Of a stretch of 64,000 nucleotides of DNA, positions 40,701-48,096 are shown piece after piece. Position 1 is the first letter of the stretch, and the number at the start of each line of letters is the position of its first letter. Made by a program: the position numbers and the translations under genes. The DNA is from an uncultured Chlamydiae bacterium (GTDB lineage: Bacteria > Chlamydiota > Chlamydiia > Chlamydiales > JAJFMA01). The stretch is taken from contig CAVQMM010000001.1 of NCBI GenBank assembly GCA_963713615.1, positions 32,001 through 96,000 of the forward strand, given 5' to 3'. A model generated the notes under the pieces. It was not told the origin of the DNA and made no database searches. It saw only the letters and a program-made list of their open reading frames with translations.

Positions 40701-41517
40701 TTATCAGCGTGAGGTAGCTGTCGAGATGGAAATAGATACCAATCAACAGCAAGACCAGCAGCAGGAGGAACAGCAAAAGCTGCAAAATCTCAAAGTAGGC
40801 GATTTCGGTAAAATGTGGCCTCAAGATCCCTGGAATGCACAAGAATTATTTAGCCTTAAACATTATCGGTCGCTTGCTAAGGGGGCTTCGGGGTTGAAGG
40901 TGCGTTCTCTGAAAGACTGTTTGAAAGTTGCCAAGTCTCCCGCGCAGGCAGTTGCCTTTGCTGACGAGTTGTTAACCACTTCGAATCTGCATCAGACCAC
41001 CTGGTTTAAAAAGAATCCGGAATTGTACGCGCCTTTTGGATGGTTTCAAGAGGAAGTATCGCAAGTCTTGGTCGTTCAGGATAAATCGACACAAGCCTTG
41101 GCGATGGTACTGATGACACATTATGATGCCCAGATGGTGGAGGAACTTATTGTGGCCGAGCGCAAAGCTCCGGGATCCAAACAGGCGAAGGAAGTGTGTT
41201 TGGCTCTTTATAACCTGGACACAGGTATAGCGCTTTATGGAAGTGAAGGCGTGACTTCAGAAGTGTTCGAGAGCGAAGCCTTCTTACGGCTTAAGGTTCA
41301 GGCTAAGTTTTATCGTGGTGATATGGCCTACAGTAAGCTTGAGAGAATTATATTAGAACAGTGGTTAGCAGAAAGTGGTGATCCACAGGCGATTTATGAC
41401 GCTTTTCATCACACAATGTTGAAGTGGAAGCCTGCCAAGAGACAGTTATTTAAAGGGGGCGTTCTTGATCGCGTTTTTAAGTGGCTAGGCGTTAATAGCG
41501 ACAGTCGTACAACGTGA
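31720..41517 (+). CDS. Giant (about 3265 aa) DUF3638-like protein with signal peptide, putative Cys-protease domain and SF2 helicase-like motifs
   Basis: Uninterrupted 9.8-kb ORF; MAAGKTS, VDEID, GFSGT, LIDAAGL, DQAHTTGSD, QAVWRLR; GHAV...FNTG...QRSGTC. Confidence 0.85.
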   Translation: MKYVNVMLFWLSVLLLPSIADASQASFNVGRSLDLSDHDKAVLSQALKEFRSIQVTAQPDGWLVLIDGEMNAFAFLKELLIKNALDESLAKASIDYGLKAPYSDEVGQMLRQAIANVYDVDPSVFEEEPALERFILANRLHDSNFEMRLGRFSTPQIYLKGQWRAWKDLIGSIPMDAERGKLKAYTFTPEGFIKVNEEPKKVSKKTEESKKAEEKETVPPPRDKPQQKQSVTKTADETTQQVPNRNVAHDDLRRFIVESKAIPIDDRLLFHILTDVYGRGLDLEGGFPPTFLRYVQAVLEQRKQFSHAQEAKVLNDVLEMFPAAIELTQLLYARQDPEKLQACLKGYLSRLSKGQALFFFGGWKGHAVVYEMLKQTNGKFRFRVFNTGEGIEYHQRFTVGTQELVIPYYELVDISETRLSHIVFLKALQELYTPDVSPVMGPSDLYGAILPILKGEVSKATVSQAHLQRAQRSGTCAYASLMAYLTEVMGNRYGGTRLSLEIQTKAIHNYFREHHTRLAKDPKARKLLQKAATAYAVASERAYQEGEITAEELQLSAELAQHLDEAILEVRQTAKKEAASAAPQVVANARLDKPVALEAVLVSPSVTARDQLIQKFNKPTVVPTTSIDELAVSSDLALCAQRLHLANDQEQVDSVITAVQLLAVELSLDATHAMWSTVTSDNLEETLANLVEIGRQYLRAHIMRGFLHTHSKAGVSISEYLALIKLQAVAESLVRHKQPQVGSTLPNLRPFALNIWIRPDRLGNAYYATFDPVWDDQIRQLATFWDSEAKDFFGFYRYMAGHQSGHVKHVVEDHYDGSSNKKHINAWDADLHWGDVQWATDWVQRKDVRSTIKKQYPEMALKSPTYQAMMALSDAGHKDLLPAAFFALRDLAFYADYLTGGPISAESGVKLSDFDFVKGLEFHAQRKQVSEIYSEPIWKAHYQVFGGWSRKGGLWKEIPNLRNGIVKDTRDIWEPPYRFMQEKVLGGLLRGERRWILGPLQEYAANPQDVTGFADIRLKALDELLAENPLDSLRQHHALTSVPSLQAVEVLGTYLSSSHLLTSQEHRQTFLRLIFSPDLFAFLDKDPRRASEFAQQAITLTIEQFCNYRDLGDAPTAFFFLEAARLFQDYFSFYEQSAGKDLELSYSNLRQELRDIIKSSKVEEKYIHQAYLVFARTYLYQDPSKLTREGLIELLEAVIRAKESKGLDRRARQDLQDVLFRHRHIIRFQLSSLERDEILNAVVQAIHPTISITWDTSASFPVYSGGGEKPVLFDVLEGSLVIPGTVTKLPEVIRLSGPFKSLFPKDFNPQVYQSSVDLLEFLGPDGRSYFVRKGSTGGWNGAVEWLCEFDEGLFRLQNSQTVANSVPQPSLATTSHIWYRKQPMQEVLFVNRKSGKPHYVSTGDLREIHRASDQGQALNEVLYQVKGQGPAFRFLSNLEDDSQILLWSHPNDGKVTAELPRLGLTLQTDKELGWVVDQFPGYRLSSHQYAAQLGDASHYLVLEKSTAPSERIVVMPLQKLQPIQGGSGLVPAVIPVRDLKHRKTKTFPLVIFDLQEDRLLPRNLEARFYLTKLLLWQHDYELAAEALRGTGPLLRSLTVDEAMLLEEICAIQAENGDGDPRSRAVCLLAHYLRMRVHVDFPNHHSCPNAETLYLSHLQDAGWVGDYLLHPEEELFLAKIVASSATPISLNLILERIEQLETHIKNGQPIVEGKSDLPAVAIPTAERCQANAPQFNDFHGIAWSPQKQGTLDLSRIMLRPDLKDDFGMLYRAARMEGGLPLLRKAIWRLTGLPREHSVKQSNWWSLEIPENMSGILGTTKEELLESWLLAVGAGFNGKDAALMRVLWAVTLNPDRFPAFSELENNADEAKRKQVIEKALSGVAQSFHDCESEQQSVLETSRECPVRSPGTYDNDPTFNQCILPTEVGSQPIVAHVEDYVVALPLSNQEQHEICDATQRLKDLFDFHDHDGVPEFASRNLQRGISDFGAKVEGEGKNYQVMGLSKLKELKKELVERISKIREELDRKRTEIEEILALLPAEENMGAYEQLRRTGGLERLFSLDDVARLYATQDVELIHRLHPGLSLEGIADLFSKMGAYMLDTVDEQHLLRVVAVIERCQLQIRALCSWVEMAQTAAELYLELSSRRAYDLGKHPEYLSFEYFMQILLRPEQLAILEQLQIQDGKIGAPEHLGSVMEMIMAAGKTSVLLPLLGQLIADGQRLALIVMPETLLPSMSDGLQQTAAKSFGQDVEVLHIDRAIGHSETQLQHLLEKLQDARTNRRMILTTNSSIQSLFLNFILQLRQYDELVEAGFDGNETAQSETSIQQYQEIFRFLRTYATAVVDEIDTIMDVLKAHYYALGERRGVHPDVRAAVVGLYELMLDDTVRSTGINIPFLPQTGQAPFTAESYAFVFKKSLIDAVLEGKYLVSSGPFTRFMNLLNKASWADLQPELKCKWQSTYSPRALLEAYLANEGNSEAWAFVEQIKNIQVRNILAVLQEELTIVLPLTAPKLLHTHYGPGIASWAVPYHLGSHVSKAEFGTELEVLNYTLQMFLEMGVSAEILKQEVVRLKALVQNNATRAEAIEQFQELVGNHSITLLSIQESDYDVMAAHIRAKPKVLLRLAETFALPRIGTFSKQISTNAQIYAFLFHVVHGFSGTLWNVDTFPRTFKAPSLSDTQERTLHVLWQTTPQHIDLVEETADVTKMVGLIMSPTDGKAEALIDAAGLFRGMDNFKVAQAMLELRPETRIQGVIYYNQMGDLMVAEKAVLNPVSLAMSRLSKDQLLAFWDQAHTTGSDVRLGGQTKAVVTVGRHTILRDLLQAVWRLRSLGNGQSVRIVVPSNDAKVIAEALSRILGKPVSTALQLGHILQYTFYNQVLKLSDHCRRGVKHQMQSVLIRDIFAQLIDESSTPSAVIGIYRQAKNLFEQDLHEQAHEVYGKPSGEQPSDIVLASELDALLASPAAAAIPHQELLSSKLNEILANMLPLVPRNIRVEERYQREVAVEMEIDTNQQQDQQQEEQQKLQNLKVGDFGKMWPQDPWNAQELFSLKHYRSLAKGASGLKVRSLKDCLKVAKSPAQAVAFADELLTTSNLHQTTWFKKNPELYAPFGWFQEEVSQVLVVQDKSTQALAMVLMTHYDAQMVEELIVAERKAPGSKQAKEVCLALYNLDTGIALYGSEGVTSEVFESEAFLRLKVQAKFYRGDMAYSKLERIILEQWLAESGDPQAIYDAFHHTMLKWKPAKRQLFKGGVLDRVFKWLGVNSDSRTT

Positions 41518-41561
41518 AGCAATCGCTTTGGATGGTCCGTAGAACCCTTTGCGCGTATAAA

Positions 41562-41990
41562 TCAAAGGTTCTGATGGAGGTTATTCCTGTTTCTCTGTGG
41601 GCCTTCGCGGGTTTGCGGGCGAATACCCCCTTCGGGTGGCACTGAATCCATAAGATGGTTGAGGTTAAGTCTCATCCTGAGCTGAGTCAGCTTGTCAGAC
41701 GGATGGGTGTAGGGATGGAAACGGTTGGAAGCCGGTGAAGGTTTCTCCTGTAGGCGGCTTGTGGAAACTTGAGGGACTAGGCTATATTTATGATTTTGAG
41801 CCATGGGAGGGCTAGAAGCTATTCCGGTAAGGTGCATTACCGTGCGATCGACCTTATTACCAGGTCTAAAGGGAACTTCAGGCATGCGAGGTAAGGGCAC
41901 CGGTTGGCTTAACGGAGTGTTTGTTTGCTCTTGAAGTGTGGTTAACGTTTTCAAGCAGGACCACTTGTCTCCGAATTGCACGTCTTCCAT
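41562..41990 (-). CDS. Hypothetical Pro-rich low-complexity protein
   Basis: 142-aa ORF with AT-rich upstream region; no family recognised. Confidence 0.5.
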   Translation of the reverse strand: MEDVQFGDKWSCLKTLTTLQEQTNTPLSQPVPLPRMPEVPFRPGNKVDRTVMHLTGIASSPPMAQNHKYSLVPQVSTSRLQEKPSPASNRFHPYTHPSDKLTQLRMRLNLNHLMDSVPPEGGIRPQTREGPQRNRNNLHQNL

Positions 41991-42080
41991 AATACTAGGT
42001 CAATTTATATTGTTCTGTTCGTTCTGAAGTCTACAAATTTAGCAGAATTGTATCAGATGATTGTATAATAGACCAGCGGC

Positions 42081-43245
42081 TAAAATGGACCTTTACAGGA
42101 TGTGCGGGCATACGCATCAACCTAACACAGAAAATCAATCCATATCCTGTTAAAGTCCATTTTGAGGTAATTGCAAAATTATTTGAGCCCTTGAGAATCG
42201 ATTCTCGGGAAAAAAGGTTACCTTTTTTTGGCCTTATTCACCTTTGCGGTCAGTTTTCGGTCGACTGCAAAAGGATCGTCTGTCGCGTTTTGCTCCTCGG
42301 ACATAGCTGGCGCTATGCCCTCGTCACAAACCACGACATCCGACCTTTTTCGTCCGACCGAAATTCTGACCGTAAAGGTGAACAAGGCCCTTTTTTTGAA
42401 GGCGATTCTAGAGAGCTTAAGTGGTATGGCACTATCCAGTCTGGAAAGACAGGCTTTTCTCCCTTCCCAGGCCCGAAGGGTCGATATTGCAACAGGCCAT
42501 GGCATCGCCATGGTATATGCCAGGAAGGGATTTCGCAGTCTGAAGGACTGCTACAAGACGCCAGTTTACAAACACCATTTATGCATGCGCTTTATGGCAG
42601 CCCTACAGGCTGCTAAAACCGTTTTGGCATATACCATGGCGATGCCACATAGGCCTCAACCTAAGCCTAACAATCGTATCTCGGCGCGCAGCGCTTTGGA
42701 GTGCGGTCGCTTGCGACCGCTTTGGGTTCCTTGCGACGGTCGTGTGCAACGGCATCACTATAATTCCCTAAGGGTAAAATAGTTAGTACATGCAGCCTTC
42801 GACGAATCCATACAATGCCGTTTAGCATTGCCGTCCCAAGGAACGAAAAGCGGTCGCAAGCGACCGCACTCCAAAGCGCTGCGCGCCGAGATACGATTGT
42901 GAAGTCCTAAGTCATTGAGATATAAGCTCAAAAGACCTGTTAGGTTGAGGCCTATGTGGCATCGCCATGGTATATGCCAGGAAGGGATTTCGCAGTCTGA
43001 AGGACTGCTACAAGACGCCAGTTTACAAACACCATTTATGCATGCGCTTTATGGCAGCCCTACAGGCTGCTAAAACCGTTTTGGCATATACCATGGCGAT
43101 GCCATGGCCTGTTGCAATATCGACCCTTCGGGCCTGGGAAGGGAATGACTCTCTCTTCACCGGCATCCGATTTTTAGGAAATTGACTTCGGAGAATCGGA
43201 CTTCTGCAATTACCTCCTTTTAGACGTATCTACAACATCTTTTAG
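42081..43245. mobile_element. Nested cluster of palindromic non-autonomous elements (C > D > B, E > F x2, A)
   Basis: Successive inverted-repeat pairs: C 42081-43245, D 42164-43216, B 42230-42389, E 42460-43144, F 42500-42647 and 42957-43104, A 42670-42900. Confidence 0.85.
42230..42389. mobile_element. 160-bp palindromic MITE, family B, copy 2
   Basis: One substitution versus 6048-6207; 8-bp DR CTTTTTTT at 42222-42229 and 42390-42397. Confidence 0.9.
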
Positions 43246-43299
43246 GCGAATTGGTATTTAGACGATAGGAAACGAAGAGTTTCGAAGGGGATTTTGAAG

Positions 43300-43330
43300 A
43301 AGTTCCCACCAACAGATGTGGTGGGAACTT
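43300..43330. terminator. Terminator hairpin
   Basis: AAGTTCCCACCA-N7-TGGTGGGAACTT just past the stop of 43344-43769. Confidence 0.65.
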
Positions 43331-43343
43331 TTCGAAAGATTAA

Positions 43344-43742
43344 CTATGAATCTCGGAGATCAAGCATATTATTGAATGCTTTTACCGCATAACGCCACAG
43401 AAGGGCATAGACGATAGGAGCGATTAATAAGGGCCAATAGTAGAAGTTCTCTGGGAGACCCATCGTTGTTGGCAAATGAAGCCAAAAAACGCCAACCAAC
43501 GCTACAATAAAACCCAAGACAGCTCCTGTGATCAAAAGTCGAAAATTCATGCGCATGTGAAGAAATTCTTTGAAGAACGCAAAGTAGAGTATGTTCCATA
43601 TCCCCCATATCACGGGTAGGAAATGGATAAAAGGCACAGAAAGGATGGCGCCCCTTCCAGTTGCCATAGCGACAAGCAGCACAATAGGTAGAATGATGCC
43701 AGGCAGGACAAGTCCTGCTACAAAAGCTCTAAAGTGATACAT
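43344..43742 (-). CDS. Hypothetical 4-TM membrane protein
   Basis: Hydrophobic ORF, GGAGG RBS before MYHFRAF. Confidence 0.7.
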   Translation of the reverse strand: MYHFRAFVAGLVLPGIILPIVLLVAMATGRGAILSVPFIHFLPVIWGIWNILYFAFFKEFLHMRMNFRLLITGAVLGFIVALVGVFWLHLPTTMGLPENFYYWPLLIAPIVYALLWRYAVKAFNNMLDLRDS

Positions 43743-44064
43743 AAACCCTCCAATGCGAACCACTCGCATCTCAATAAATTCATATTAACATAGCCGCGCA
43801 TAAAATACATCGTCTTCACAGTGAACTACTTTGAATCAATTGATTCTTTTGAAGAATTGGGGGCGCTTTTTGCTTCCACAAACCATCGAATAGAAGCGTA
43901 CCAAATTCTTCCCAAGAACCCGTTGAACGTCACGTGGCTTTCATTTGTCTTTTCAAAAGTCCGTTACTTGACAGATAAGCCCATAAAATACGAAGGTCAG
44001 ACATATACCACACTCGAGTGTGGTATAACCTTAACCTAAGGGGGGTTATATGTTAGGAGGAGTG

Positions 44065-45099
44065 ATGAATCAAGACAAGGCGACTAAGCCATCACCTCAC
44101 CGCTTTTCTTTTGTATCGCGAACCCCTAACAAAAGTTATCCAGGGGGAACTCGGACTGATGCTACGGTTAAGGATTTTCCAGTCTTAGCGGGGATGTCGC
44201 TGTCAATGCTCACCCTACAGGCAAGAGGTGTTCGAGAGCCGCACTGGCATCCAAACGCTCATGAGCTAGGCTACTGCATATCGGGAAATGGTCTGATGAC
44301 TGTGTTTAGTCCTGGAGCAGGCCATGATACCTTTACAATCTCTCCGGGTGATATCGCATTTGTGCCGATGGGATATTTACATCATATCGAAAATACTGGC
44401 ACAGAGCCTTTACAGTTGGCCATCTGCTTTAATCATGAAGAACCCGAAGATATTGGCCTTTCGGCGGGCGTCGCCGTCATGCCTCATCACATCATGGGAG
44501 AGACCTTCAACTTGAGGCCATCATTTTTTCAAGGTCTTAAAGGTGATAGCAAGGGTGCCTTTATCGTCCAGCGGGATAGAGCGGCGGTTCCTCCGTTTCC
44601 TCTGACGCCTGGACGGTTTAGGATGGGTTTAGAGTCTACCCAGCCGCAGATACACACACAAGGTGGAACGGTCAAAATGAGTAATAGCTTCCTCTTGCCA
44701 ACGCTGGAGGGGCTTGCCATCTATTGCGTGGCATTAGAGAAAGGTGGCGCAAGAGAACCGCATTGGCATCCTAATGCTCATGAACTCAATTATCTGATCA
44801 GTGGAACAGCACGTATCACACTGTTGTCTCCAGGTGGTGATGTCGATACATTTGACATGAAGGCGGGAGACATGAGCTTTCTCCCTAGAGGATACCTACA
44901 CCACATTGAAAATACCGGCCAGGATCCCGCACATTTTGCTATCTTCTTTAATCATACGAGTCCATCGGATATCGGTGTATCGGGGTGCTTAGGCGCTTAT
45001 AGCAATGAAGTGTTGGCGGCTCTATTTGGAGTTCCGGTAGGTTATCTGGATTCGCTGCCCAAGTACCAGCAGGACTTATTTGTGGTTGGGGGCGGCTAA
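44065..45099 (+). CDS. Oxalate decarboxylase-family bicupin
   Basis: Two REPHWHPNAHE motifs, each followed by HHIENTG; AGGAGG RBS. Confidence 0.85.
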   Translation: MNQDKATKPSPHRFSFVSRTPNKSYPGGTRTDATVKDFPVLAGMSLSMLTLQARGVREPHWHPNAHELGYCISGNGLMTVFSPGAGHDTFTISPGDIAFVPMGYLHHIENTGTEPLQLAICFNHEEPEDIGLSAGVAVMPHHIMGETFNLRPSFFQGLKGDSKGAFIVQRDRAAVPPFPLTPGRFRMGLESTQPQIHTQGGTVKMSNSFLLPTLEGLAIYCVALEKGGAREPHWHPNAHELNYLISGTARITLLSPGGDVDTFDMKAGDMSFLPRGYLHHIENTGQDPAHFAIFFNHTSPSDIGVSGCLGAYSNEVLAALFGVPVGYLDSLPKYQQDLFVVGGG

Positions 45100-45101
45100 A
45101 A

Positions 45102-45965
45102 ATGCCCGTTCAGCCCAATCTTTTGAAGGGCAGTCTGTATGCCCTAACAGCCTTCTTATGTATGGCCATCTTTGGAGTATTTACAAAGGCTGCTTCAGCG
45201 CATGGGGGAGATCTATGGGTTAGCTTTGGGACCTATCTGACAGGCTTGTTAGTTCTTTTGCCCTTCGTCTATAACAGCGGGTTAGTTTTTTTTAAGACAC
45301 AGCACTTTTCCTATCACTTTGGACGAGCTGCTTTTGGTCTATCTGCAAGCCTGCTCTATATGTTTTCGATGCACACGATCCCGATTGTTAACGCCACGCT
45401 TTTGTTTAATACCGTGCCCATATTTCTTCCTATACTGGCCATGTTGTTTCTTAAAGCGACGGTCTCCAAGCAAACCTGGTACGCTATTGGTTTGGGTTTT
45501 CTGGGGATTATCATCATCATTAGGCCAACTGAAGCCATCGTTACGCAAGCAGGGGACCTATTAGGGTTGACGTCAGGTGTATTTCTTGCCGTGGCCTATC
45601 TTTTGATCAAACAGCTTACCCCAACCGATCCAGCGATGCGCATCACTTTTTACTTTTTCCTGCTGGCTACTTGTATGCAAGTTTTCCTGCTTCCTTTTGC
45701 CGGCCCTCTACCTGAGTGGTCTGCTTTAGGGTTTGCGGCTTTGGCCGGACTCGCTTTTGTTTTGGCTCAGGCCTGCTTGGCTAAAGGATATTTATTTGCT
45801 AAAGCTTCACAGGTAGGTGTTTACCAATATACGTCGCTAGTTTATGTCGGCATCATCGATTGGGTTGTATGGGACGTAGTTCCACCCACCGTTGACCTCT
45901 TGGGTGTATTGTTGGTGCTTGTCGCTGCCGTTATCATCATTCGCAGCAGAGGAAAGGAGAATTAG
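45102..45965 (+). CDS. DMT/EamA family transporter
   Basis: About 10 TM; ATLLFNTVPIF, GFLGIIIIIRP, YQYTSL. Confidence 0.88.
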   Translation: MPVQPNLLKGSLYALTAFLCMAIFGVFTKAASAHGGDLWVSFGTYLTGLLVLLPFVYNSGLVFFKTQHFSYHFGRAAFGLSASLLYMFSMHTIPIVNATLLFNTVPIFLPILAMLFLKATVSKQTWYAIGLGFLGIIIIIRPTEAIVTQAGDLLGLTSGVFLAVAYLLIKQLTPTDPAMRITFYFFLLATCMQVFLLPFAGPLPEWSALGFAALAGLAFVLAQACLAKGYLFAKASQVGVYQYTSLVYVGIIDWVVWDVVPPTVDLLGVLLVLVAAVIIIRSRGKEN

Positions 45966-45994
45966 GGAATTTTTATGGAGGTACGATACTCATC

Positions 45995-47053
45995 ATGCAG
46001 AATCCACTCGTAGCGATCATTGGGGCTGGGCCTATTGGTCTTGAGCTGGCTATAGGACTAAAGACCGCTGGGATCTCCTATATTCAGTTTGAAGCCGAGC
46101 AAGTTGCCCAGATGATCTGCAACTTTCCACCTCAGACGCACTTCTTTAGTTCGTCTGAGAGGATCGGAATTGCAGGAATACCTATCCAAACATTAGATCA
46201 ACAAAAATGCTCTCGAGAGACCTATTTGGCGTATATTCGCGCTGTCGTTTTGCATTTTGGTTTACACGTACATACCGGTGAGGAAGTCGTAACAACTGCT
46301 CATCAGGAGCAGGGCTTTCATCTGACCACGCGTGTTGCAGGAAGTCAACGCTCATACGATGTACGTTATGTGGTGATTGCTACAGGGGGTACCTCTCGGC
46401 CTAGAATGTTAGGGGTGCCAGGGGAAGATTTTAGTCATGTAGCCACGAAAATGGGGGACCCACACCAGTATTTCAAAAAACGTGTGCTTATCATAGGTGG
46501 GCGAAATTCGGCCGCTGAAACAGCCTTACGCTGCTTTCATGCAAGCGCTTATGTCTCCCTTGCCGTACGCGGGGCGGAGCTTGATCCCCAGTCGATCAAG
46601 TATTGGATTTTTCCAGAATTAGCTAGCCGATTAGACAAAGGCGACATGAGGATTTATTATCAGACTGATTTAGAGGAGATCCTGCCCGACCGGGTGGTTC
46701 TTAGGCATGAGGGAAAAACCAGTGAAATATTCGCTGATTTTGTCATCAAAGCAATTGGCTTTGAGGCTGATATGAGCTTATGTTTACAGGCCGGAGTGGC
46801 TTTATCGGGAGACAATGACAACCCCGTCTTTGATCCTGAGACCTTAGAAACCAATATTCCTGGCATCTTTGTAGCCGGGACTGTGGTAGGAGGAACGCAG
46901 AGGAAGTATCGGGTTTTTATCGAGAATTGTCACCAACACGTAGGGAAAATAGTAAACGCTCTTTGCACTCGAATCGGGATTAATGTACCATCGTTGACGT
47001 TAGGGGGAGGATATGGCTTTAGGCCTGATTCCCTTGGCCCACTTGAGGAATAA
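45995..47053 (+). CDS. FAD/NAD(P)-dependent oxidoreductase, YpdA (bacillithiol disulfide reductase)-like
   Basis: GAGPIG, FFSSSE, ATG, GGRNSA, ETNIPGIFVAG, FIEN..H; no CxxC. Confidence 0.8.
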   Translation: MQNPLVAIIGAGPIGLELAIGLKTAGISYIQFEAEQVAQMICNFPPQTHFFSSSERIGIAGIPIQTLDQQKCSRETYLAYIRAVVLHFGLHVHTGEEVVTTAHQEQGFHLTTRVAGSQRSYDVRYVVIATGGTSRPRMLGVPGEDFSHVATKMGDPHQYFKKRVLIIGGRNSAAETALRCFHASAYVSLAVRGAELDPQSIKYWIFPELASRLDKGDMRIYYQTDLEEILPDRVVLRHEGKTSEIFADFVIKAIGFEADMSLCLQAGVALSGDNDNPVFDPETLETNIPGIFVAGTVVGGTQRKYRVFIENCHQHVGKIVNALCTRIGINVPSLTLGGGYGFRPDSLGPLEE

Positions 47054-47059
47054 AGGACT

Positions 47060-47737
47060 ATGGCAATGATGACTGGCCAGATTCAATGTCCAGTATCCGG
47101 CGAATCTCCGCTTGAAGAACACGTAAACCACTTGACACACCTGGCTGGGCTTGTTCTCAGTATTGCTGGCTGGATGGTTTTGCTGTTTTACGCTTATCAG
47201 GCGGATAGTATTAGTCACATGGTCAGTTGCTCAGTGTATGGAGCTACTCTTGTGTCTTTGTATGCAGCCTCTGCCTACTACCATGTGTGTAAGCGGTTAG
47301 ACCAAAAACAGCTGCTTCGAGTGGTTGATCATGCCTGCATTTACCTACTGATTGCTGGCACCTATACGCCGTTTAGCCTGGGTCCCCTTCGCGATGTAGG
47401 CGGGTGGGATTTGTTGTGGATAGAATGGACCATTGCCCTAGTTGGTATAGTGATCAAAGTCCTCGCGATCAATCGATTTCAAATGCTCTCGATGATCGCC
47501 TACTTGGCGATGGGATGGCTGATCATCTTTAGCTGGCCCACGCTAAAAGATGAACTACCCTATACCGCCATTATCTGGTTAGTCACAGGAGGCATTATTT
47601 ACAGCCTCGGCGTCCTCTTTTACCTTTGGGAAGCCCTGCCCTTTAATCACGCCATCTGGCATGGCTTTGTCTTGGCAGGGAGTATCTGTCACTATTTCTC
47701 CATCCTTAGCATGATCCAACAAGGGATCATCGTCTAG
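47060..47737 (+). CDS. Hemolysin III/PAQR family membrane protein
   Basis: EE.VN..TH, SAYYH, DHACIYLLIAGTYTP, HAIWHGFVL. Confidence 0.92.
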   Translation: MAMMTGQIQCPVSGESPLEEHVNHLTHLAGLVLSIAGWMVLLFYAYQADSISHMVSCSVYGATLVSLYAASAYYHVCKRLDQKQLLRVVDHACIYLLIAGTYTPFSLGPLRDVGGWDLLWIEWTIALVGIVIKVLAINRFQMLSMIAYLAMGWLIIFSWPTLKDELPYTAIIWLVTGGIIYSLGVLFYLWEALPFNHAIWHGFVLAGSICHYFSILSMIQQGIIV

Positions 47738-47952
47738 TTAGGAATAACACGGATTTAGGAGTAACACGGGTGCACACGGATCTAGGAGGATTTAGGAGGA
47801 TTAGGATGGAAAAACTAGTTCACCACCATTCGGAACCCATCCTACACCAGTTTTAATTGTTTTAATTTCGTGGGAAAAAATTCATTCTAATTTCCTAAAA
47901 TCCTATCCTCCTAAATCCTCCTAGATCCGTGTGCATCCGTGTTGCTCCTAAA
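47738..47952. repeat. Palindromic repeat family H, copy 2
   Basis: Same arms as 12534-12730. Confidence 0.85.
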
Positions 47953-48096
47953 AACGACACGAATCGTTGCTATGCTCTAACCTAGATCCGTCCTGTAACT
48001 GCGCCTGAGAGATTCGCGTTATTTTCTTATTGCCAAACCCAATCGGGTAGACTAGCCTAAAAATGTAGACCCCAAACTGTCAAAGAGGGATTAGAT

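Noticed and set aside
32263..40842. Many 60-150 aa ORFs inside the giant gene and antisense to other genes
   Set aside because: Shadow ORFs overlapping well-supported CDSs, without motifs
42500..43104. Possible CRISPR array
   Set aside because: Only two 148-bp repeats, no regular spacers, no cas genes
42191..43185. ORFs 42191-42616, 42218-42511, 42228-42782 and 42967-43185
   Set aside because: Composed entirely of nested palindromic repeats
43821..44039. 72-aa ORF upstream of the cupin gene
   Set aside because: GTG start without clear RBS, no recognisable motif, ends in a family G palindrome
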